A DNA stretch of 61,670 bases, the filler included, from Dirinaria sp. TL-2023a (lineage: Eukaryota): NCBI GenBank assembly GCA_051941275.1. It is 12 parts of 12 records of this genome, joined end to end, with 100 filler letters (N's around TTAATTAATTAA, not from the genome) between each part and the next. Parts side by side here need not be neighbours in the genome. Positions count along the whole stretch, not along the records: positions 51,538 to 56,559 come from JAVEBF010001735.1; positions 56,660 to 61,670 come from JAVEBF010001736.1; 10 more parts are not named here. The stretch is one strand, 5' to 3'. This document shows positions 53,305-61,670 of the stretch, piece by piece. Each line of letters starts with the position of its first letter. The first letter of the stretch is position 1. Below the pieces are notes generated by a model that saw only the letters and a list, made by a program, of their open reading frames with translations, was not told the DNA's origin and ran no database searches. Both the position numbers and the translations under genes were made by a program.

Positions 53305-53480
53305 GCGTCAAAAAATATCATTGCGCATTAGGGGTTATGAGAGAGTGCATGTCCTTAGAGAGAATTACGGAATACATAATATGGGGGTGAGAGGACTGCT
53401 CGCCCCTATTCACCTTTTTTTTTTTTTTTAGTTTTCTCTCTTTCGAATAACCCCCTATATTAGAAAGCTGTTTTTGACGC
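53305..53480. mobile_element. Possible degenerate MITE (imperfect 34-bp inverted repeats)
   Basis: 53305-53338 GCGTCAAAAA-N14-TAGGGGTTAT versus the reverse complement of 53447-53480, GCGTCAAAAA-N13-TAGGGGGTTAT. AT-rich non-coding context; no clear TSD. Confidence 0.35.
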
Positions 53481-54639
53481 TGTATGAAATTATAAATGAC
53501 AAGAAACTATTCTATCACAAAAACTGTCTCCGGCTCGTAGTTTCATATCTTGGTAGTTGAACCGCATGTACAAGCTGACAACAACAACGCAACGATTAAA
53601 AGAGCAGTTGAATACCAACCCTACGCTCATGAAGTTTTCTAAGGAAAAATTGATCGCAATATTCAACAAAGCGGAAAACTTAATATTGGTGAGGTTATGA
53701 AGGGATGATCTTTCAAAATTTCTGATTTATCAAAGAATCAAAGTAGTTTATGACGATCAGCGATAAGATGCAAATATAAATAAGAAAGATGAATAGTTTA
53801 AAAATAAGCAGGTGTCACGACGCCTTCGCTGGCTTGGGCGCTATCGTGGTTATGTGTGATTCATTTTGGGTTTCTTGAGATGGGTGTGGGTAAGCTTCCT
53901 AGGAGTTCAGATTCTCGAATCTTGGGGTCTCATGTATCTTTTCATCAAGCCTATGCAGCAGTATTATATAAACCCGAAGTGTAAGTTGATTCAAACTGAC
54001 ACTGATAGATCCCATGTATTGCTCCAAAAGTATGTAAGTAAGGGTTACCCATATTCAACGACTTTTTATGTGTCATGCTTTGCACACTCGATGAATATCT
54101 TTGTGCTTGTCCTTCATGATTATTTAACCACTAACTTACGCACTGAGATCCTGTTTCTGATGACATCAGATAGCTTGAGAAAGTGAGATGCCCAATTCTA
54201 ATTCTGATAATCTGCTGCATCATGTCCTTCCGTGATGCTTGCGAGCTTCTAATTGACTGTACTTCGAAGGCTTTTAAACGATTTTGGATCAAAATTCATA
54301 GTCATTCAAGAGGAACTGGATTACGAACTTGCACAAATCGTTAGAAGACTGAGATATGAGATAATGACGTTACTGGACATCTTGCGCGGTTTCTGAGGAA
54401 TTCATTTTGAGCTAGTGGAACCAGCAAGTTATGCTCGAGATATCTTGCACAAGTCTATGAGTCCATAAATCCTGTCAAGTCCTCGAGTGAGACTCATCGG
54501 CTTTACCTTGACCGATCATGCAGTTGCGGCGACACTCTGATTGAGCATGCGTCCATTCCTCAATAACGGCATTCTATAACCCGCACCATTTGGGCTCAGT
54601 GTTGGATTCTTACATACCGTCCTCGGGATTCTGTTAGTC

Positions 54640-55429
54640 TTTGTCGACCCGCCTGACGCCGTCGCGTTTTTCCGTAACATTCCGTCCCAAGCCCACTTCG
54701 GACTGTCCCAGTCTTAGTGAGCATGGATTTGGATACTGGCTCCTGCACTCGGTAAAGGGTTGTGCCAATCGTCCCATTCAACGAGTAGCCCCGCGCCTCT
54801 CGCCGCTTCACGTGTCAATCTCACCACATAAGGCGGGTCAGGAGGGAAAATCGGGGGTTGTGTCTGGCCTTTGCATCATCGCTGAACTCGTACTCTCCTG
54901 GGCCGGCGGTGACGGTCGGGAAAAAATACCAGCCGTTAGACATCGCGCCTTCCTTCGTGCCATAATCCACGCCCATCGAATAAGGCGGAATCTGCGGATC
55001 GTGGGGGTCGTAAGGTTCTGGCAGGTCTTCCCAAATATGCTTGCCAGCACCGTTAAGAAAGTCATATTCCAAAGGTAAGTGTTGGGTCACAATATGCACT
55101 TTCCAAATTGTGACCTCTCCCGGATATGCTTTGGGAGGTACTCCTTGCATTCCCGTGATGGTCTCACTGGCCCCGGTGGAAAGTGCGTACCAAACGGCAT
55201 GATTCGTCGCAGTATCGCTGTCGATGATAACAATATCGCCGTCCTGGCCTTCTGCGTCGAGGCGCTGCCTGATTTCGAAGTGAGACAAGGAGTGAAAGTC
55301 AGGCCGATCATGAATGGAAATCATTGACGTCGGATTCTGAAAGCGGGCAAAGGACCCAACATTGTAGTCGTGTAAAATAGAACTGCGGAGTGCGAACCGA
55401 GAAAAAAAGAGGCACATTAAGGTAGGCAT
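54640..55429 (-). pseudogene. Probable pseudogene of an uncharacterised protein
   Basis: The 202-codon ORF (55429-54821) has protein-like composition. It continues in another frame (VRLTREAARGAGLLVEWDDW..HAH*DWDSPKWAW) with a stop at 54714-54716. Confidence 0.35.
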
Positions 55430-56559
55430 CTACAACCCTAGGTATGCATAAAGGTAAAAAAACGACCATGCTGGGAATACCTCACACAGTAGTACGGTAA
55501 AGATAGTTGAAATCGACAGCAATTATTTCTGCGCGTCGACGCAAATATTTGGAAACTCGCTTTTCTTCAAGTTGGAAAAGGGTTCATCATATGCTCATAA
55601 GCCTTGCGCGTATCCCTTAGTCACTAGGATTGAGTGAAGGGATCAGACGAGTCTGAACACCAGACAGCCTGATCTTGCGCAAACGAAGCGCAACGAGCGG
55701 TTAGAGGATACTCATGAAGAGGTCTGTGTATCTGTCGCCAAAATCATGCGCTACTAAGGCAGGAATATCCTATTCGATAATGATTTAGGGGTAAAGCGGA
55801 AGTTCGCTTCTCGGGTAGTAGGGGAATCGGATACGTTACCATATTTCCCCGGCAAGGCGCATGAAGCCGACGTAACCAGGCGTGTGTGATTTTATACCAT
55901 ATGTCCAACTAGTGTTCGAGTGTTGATGCGAGGGAGCAAGCGTGGTCTTCTCTGGAGCCCACAGATCAACTCCGAATGCTATAACCCAAGCGCTCAAGAA
56001 CTCCAACAACCTATTTTTCCACGTTGTCTTTATGCTGAGAAAAGAGAATACCGTCTTGAACCACGCATTAATGTATTAGGGGCACAACGTGAGGATACAA
56101 AAATCATGGGCAAGCGCAGCACGGCAGGGACCAGAGTAGGTCAGCCTCGCTAGGAGCGGCCGACGGTCAGAAGCCAAATGGGTGTAAAACCAGTATCTTA
56201 GGTAAAGAAAGTATAATAGCGCAATCCCGCAAAGGAGCAGTGCGACGTTGAGTGGCGACGACATTATGTAAGTAGCACAGAGTAAAGGTCGATCAGTTTT
56301 GAATCGTATGCTTGTCTGCTCGATCTAATGTCGAAAAGAGTCCAGAGCAGGATTTTACATTCAAGGCACCGGCAGATTGATGTCATGGTAGTATAAGCTC
56401 GAAAGAAGGGATATGGCTGAGAGAATGAACACGGTAGAAAGACGAACATTATTGGTGCCGTTGGCAAGGCACGGGAATGATGATTCTGAGCCATGAGGGC
56501 CAAGTTCGGCTGATTCGGGAGCTCAGGGGATAGGGACGGGCCGCTAGTTATCCCGATCA

Positions 56560-56659
56560 NNNNNNNNNNNNNNNNNNNNNNNNNNNNNNNNNNNNNNNNN
56601 NNNTTAATTAATTAANNNNNNNNNNNNNNNNNNNNNNNNNNNNNNNNNNNNNNNNNNNN
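56560..56659. other. Artificial contig linker
   Basis: N44-TTAATTAATTAA-N44. Confidence 0.99.
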
Positions 56660-57334
56660 TACACATACACATATACGCACCGCATCCTTCCCTCCTCCCC
56701 ATCCCCCACCATTCTATTCAGTATACACGCCTTCGCCGAATCCCAACTCTACAATCTATCGAAAAACCGTTTCAAGAATCAATATGCAACGACATCTAAT
56801 TTCAGACGCTAGAGACACGTTTCGTGGGGCTCAGGGATATTTGCTCATCTACTGCTAAAGCACGATTCAAGTACCCTAAAGATAAAAGGTGTGTTACGGG
56901 TTTGGATGATGATGGGTTGTTGTATCCGGGTTCAATATGAGACGTTGGATGGAGGCTCCGCCGCTCTAGTTATCTTGCATTGATCTGGTGTGTATTTTAT
57001 TTTTTATCTTGGAGTTGAGGATTTACGGATTTATATTGGAAGTAGGAGTGTGGGTGAAACGGGGAGGAAACGATGGGATCTGATATCGCAAGCGTTGATG
57101 CGAAAATATTTCTTCAGGGCAGCTGGTGCAGGACGGGCTTCTCCAGTGCTGAAAAAAGCGCTACGCGCCTGAGCTGGAGCAGGAGGGAATCCCGGCGTTA
57201 GCATGTACAGTATGTAATGGTTAAAAATCTGCGCATCTCTCATAACGAATATGCCACCCTTACTGCGATTACATAGGAGATCTCTGTGGAATGGCGCTAC
57301 TCATGGCTCGAGCGGTTCTACTCTGCGCCCCTAC

Positions 57335-58914
57335 TCAAAGCGATTCCAAAAACAACTTCACCGCGGCCTCATTCTGCGCCACCAAATCCCGGTGCCAGAT
57401 CCAATGCATCCGCGTATCCAGTTTCTCCTTCATCTTCCCGATATCACCTTCTACGCCCGGTAACTGCATCCCCAAAAGATTGCCCGACTCGCGGCTGCTA
57501 GCCACGACTCGCTGCGATCGGGGCCTCCGCACTTGATCGAAGGCCGCGAACGTGTTGCCTATTTCCGAGACTTTGCTCGTTTTGGCGAGGAGGGTTTTGA
57601 GGACGAGGGCATCTTCGATGGCTTGCGCGGCGCCTTGGCCTTGGAAGGGGGTGGTGGCGTGTGCGGCGTCGCCGATCATGACTATGCGTCCTTTGTTGTA
57701 GAATGGTGCGGGGGGGTGGTCGTACATTGCCCAGGCGGAGAGTTCGGGGGCGTCGAGCAGCTGCTTCGACGTCAGTATGGTGGTTAATCGAGAGTCTTCT
57801 ACTGAACTCACATCACATAGGCCCTGTGCTGTGGGACCCCAACCCTCAAGCAAATTGCGTAAGTGCTGGACCTTTGTCGGGACTATCCATTTCTTCTCCG
57901 TCCATTCTGGTGTTCGGTAGTTCATCATCACGATGTTGGAGTACTTCCCGCCTTCGATCGGATAACTGAAGATTGCATTGCCCGGCCCGCAACTGAGTTT
58001 AGCATCCAGTTAGCAATTTCTCATGGTAAAAGTTGACATATTCGCTTCAACGGCAAATCTTCAGCATAAAACGAAGAAAAAGGCTCATCTTTCTTGTGGT
58101 ACTGCCGAAGACAACCCTTGGTGCTAAGGCAAACTAAGAGGAAGAATCGATAGTGCAAACTTACAGCATCATTGAATTCTGGGCATACTCCGCCCCTACC
58201 TTCTCAACCGCACGGTCCATGGACACTACACCTCTGTACGAGACGGAATTGGCGAACACCGCTCGCGCAGCTGGGTGATCTTCACCTAGAAGGCATAGCC
58301 GCACAGCGCTGTGGATGCCGTCGGAGCCGATGACAGCGTCGGTCTCTTCCGTCGTCCCGTCCTTGAAGTGCATTACAAGTGGTTTATTGTCGTCGTTAAC
58401 ATCGATCGAGACAAGACGTTTTCCAAAATGAGCTAGCCGGGCGGGTATGGGCTTTACCAGCTCTTCGAGGAAGCGCGCGCGGTGCACGGAGAGCATACCA
58501 GTCTGATTTTTCTGTTGGGCGATGATAGCACCTTCATGCTCGCCAGTACCCTGTGCATACTTGGATCAGCCTTACCATTCCTGTTCTTCAAGGCCGGATC
58601 TTCCCTACGACGCGATTTTCTGTGTACTGGTTTGCATGGGACTGCCACAAGTTTGGAGTTTTCGTTCTCGTGAATGCTGCTTCGGTCTCTGGGCCAATGA
58701 GCTCCAGTGCCCTCTGGGCGTTCGGTCCTACCGTGAGCCCCATGCCTATCTCACCGAACGCAGGAGCTGCTTCGTATATTTGGACATCAATATGTTCGTG
58801 TTTGAGCAGACCAATGGCAAGAGACAGGCCGCAAATCCCGCCACCAATTATTGCTACTCTGAACGCTTTCGGCGTTTCATTGACATCGTATGCTTCATTG
58901 GGAACACTGCCCAT
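57335..58914 (-). CDS. FAD-dependent aromatic monooxygenase (salicylate hydroxylase-like, ~432 aa)
   Basis: Exons 58914-58609, 58550-58165, 57992-57812 and 57760-57335. Motifs VAIIGGGICGL (GxGxxG), YEAA..FGEIG.G, VHRA.FL, IGSDGIHSAVR (DG) and IGDAAHATTPFQGQGAAQAIEDA (GD). Confidence 0.93.
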
Positions 58915-61670
58915 TATTGCTCTGAGTGGGTTGCTTGTTGAATGCGATTCTTATAAGTATGCCGGATAGGGTCGAGAAGTTTGGTGGCGGAATGTGAAGA
59001 TTTGCGATGGTATTTAAAGCTATGTGATAGTCAAGGCTAACTACAGACGAGGTCAATGCATGTATTGTGACGTCAAACAAACTAAGGAACACGAGGAGCC
59101 TGTCAAGCTTAAGCAATTCGTCTTACTAAATTGAAAACGTTGAAATTCTCCAGATGCCTCAGATGATTGGTCACCATGGTGGAGCCAACGACAATCCTTG
59201 CGCAGATGCCGTATGCGCACGCCAGCCGCCTTCTCGGAGTAGACAGGGATGAAAACATGCGTTATATTGTTGACAGAGATCTAGGATCATCGCCATGAGG
59301 ATGAGTAGATTCTTCAATTTAGAGTTCGAGCTGTTTGAGGAACATCCGACTCAAATAGCTTCATACCGAATGAGGAAGTGTGAAGGCTGAAAATGGTTTA
59401 GTGCAGCGGAGTCTCGAAACCAGAACGTGCATAATTAGACCGACTTCACGACGAGGCTAAGGTTTTGCTATCAGACGATGCAATGATCCGGGTGTCCAGT
59501 TCTTTAGAAGATGACCGAGTGCCATGTAAGCCTTTAAGAGAGAGTAAGAGTGACGCGTGAGTATCTAGGATAGTTGTCCAACTACCAGAAAAGGCTGGTA
59601 AATATTGAAGGAGCGCTTGGACAAGTATGACATGATACGTACAATACTTTGACTATTGGTAGCAGAATCCAGGGATTTTTGAAGAGAGAGAGAAAGAAAC
59701 GATGGGAGGGCCAGCAGCATGATGTCGCCAAGTCTAGCATACATGGGAAACCTGGCGACTAAAAACGTACTCTTGAAGGTCATCTTTTGCGGTCTCATTC
59801 TCTTCCTTCTTTTCTGGGAGCGATATTCGGCGAATTAGCTTTTCAAAGATGTTATTGTCTTTTCATGCCACGATATAATCGTCGAGTCTGAACCGTGTGC
59901 GAAGACCTCTGACGAAGATATTCGACGATGGTATCTGAGCAGGATATAGAAAGAAGACCCAAAGAAGTACAAGGGCCGGTGCTTTCTTGTACCTTGCTTG
60001 TATCATAGAGAATATTAGAAATGTACATCTAATAGTCGAATTATAAAGTCTTTGGTCCGGTGTGGTGTCCCTGCTCTTGCACGCAGACTGCAGTCATCGT
60101 ACCCTGCGAAGTTCTCTTCTCGATACTGCCATGGCTGCAAAGACGAGGTATGCCTCCAATGCAAGCAGCTTCAAATGCCATGGCAGAATGTTTCGAGCCG
60201 CGACACCCTGAAAGGCCATGGAGAGCAAACGGCATTCAGGTAACAGCTGAAGCTGATTACGTGATGGTGAAGAAATCAAAGCATCTTAGTGTGCCAAGCG
60301 CCAAGTGCCAAGTGCCAAGCATCGACGGAACTAGATACGGTACTTTTCGTTCTCCAAACTAAACCCGATTCCGCGTTTGGAACTGTCGCTGAAACTTTGA
60401 GACCGTCGAAATGGCTTTTCTTTTTGCTTTACCTATTTATGATCTACAATCTTCTCAACCGTCGTTTATCAGATCTGTCGGCGTTTTAATCAGCGACTGC
60501 TCGAGGACGTAAGTCTATAAATTTCGCGCAAACGGGAAAAAACGCTGCCGACCCGTCGTGAGCAGAATGAACGCAATGTCAAGGCTTTTCGAGAGTTTAA
60601 GAGACCGATCGAGAACGACACTGAGACAAACGTGAGAGAATCAAAGCAATAATTACGTTGTGGGAACAGCAGACTCGATTACGACATCATGAACGACACC
60701 ATTATCGCATGAGTGTATCTCATTTTCAAATCTCTGTATCGCAAGGCTACATGTGCTTTATTGGTCATCAATGGTCTTATTGATTGTTACGCACAAAGTT
60801 GCAGCTGATGACCTTCTGAGCTACGTATCTCAAGCAATTCCAGTGGCACCAAGCTGGTCACTTGACGAGCCAGTGAAAATGGGTAAACTTGGCTGCAATG
60901 CTAATTACTTCACAACATACGTACAAAAGTCAATATACTCGGTGATACTCCTAAGCCATAGTTTAGGCAACAGACTATTCGCGATTTGCTCACTTGCGAC
61001 GAAAAGCAAACTCAGTGGTGTGGTACGACTCTAAAGGAAACTGACTAGGATTCGCTACATTCCATCAACTCCTTGTGAAAGTCAAGCGCACTGAGGCCTA
61101 GATTGACCGCTCGGAAACAGATACTCAACAGGACTAGCCAAAGCCATTCCCTTGAATAATCCAGGCTAAATGCGTAGTTTGTTTTTAGTATTATCATACT
61201 TCAACGCTCTTTTGAAAGCATATACCTATATAGTCGGCCAATTGTATCTGTGATTGAGTCACTTTCGTTCTTGAAATCAGGGCTAGAAGACGTGAGCCTA
61301 ACGCAGAGTACTGATAGCTCCTAGCCGGATCAATTTACGCCTACACGTCGATATTGATACGCTTTGAGATCATGGTCTTGCAAAGACCAATTAGTGTGAG
61401 AGCGCGCATATCTATTAGTCGGTATAGGCCTTGATTACTCTAACGATCGCATAAAAGCTCTCCCTGTGACGAGGAACCGTGGAAGCACGACCGAAATAAG
61501 TCTCCAGTCCACTAGATCTAGGAGCCGGAACGCGGAAACATTTTGGGATCATCCTTTCCCTGGACGCCACTCAGATGTCATGTACGAGGCATCTTCCTTC
61601 GTCTGCACTCACCAACAAGTCTCGCATATTTTGAATATTGAGCAATGAAGTCTAGAGATCTATGCATTGC

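Noticed and set aside
58454..58648. Frameshift in the FAD monooxygenase
   Set aside because: Resolved by intron 58608-58551; the spliced product is in frame.
23881..58914. Apparent aromatic/RiPP cluster of dioxygenase, DUF3328, OMT, tyrosinase and FAD monooxygenase
   Set aside because: Apart from DUF3328+OMT, these lie on different length-sorted contigs, so their proximity is artificial.

Overview
This is filamentous-ascomycete (Pezizomycotina-type) genomic DNA with short GT-AG introns and CTRAC branch points. It is not one locus. It is 12 unrelated contigs of 5087, 5065, 5063, 5058, 5058, 5051, 5048, 5045, 5034, 5028, 5022 and 5011 bp, sorted by decreasing length and joined by an artificial 100-nt linker (N44-TTAATTAATTAA-N44), so linkage is only meaningful within a contig. 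Genes I could splice by hand: an F-box-like protein, a 12-repeat DUF3659 ('LEA domain') protein, a SulP sulfate permease, a small secreted acidic protein, an intradiol dioxygenase, a CorA/Mnr2 Mg transporter, Nst1, Rho2, a DUF3328/UstYa oxidase head-to-head with an O-methyltransferase, a ZIP zinc transporter, Nuc1, a tyrosinase and an FAD monooxygenase. The most interesting unexplained items are the DUF3328 + O-methyltransferase pair with no visible precursor peptide, a disrupted gene with a duplicated RNxxxH (HEPN-like) module, an intronless orphan broken by two -1 frameshifts, and a nested 8-bp/~100-bp repeat array next to an orphan coiled-coil gene. All family calls come from motif recognition; no database searches were run.
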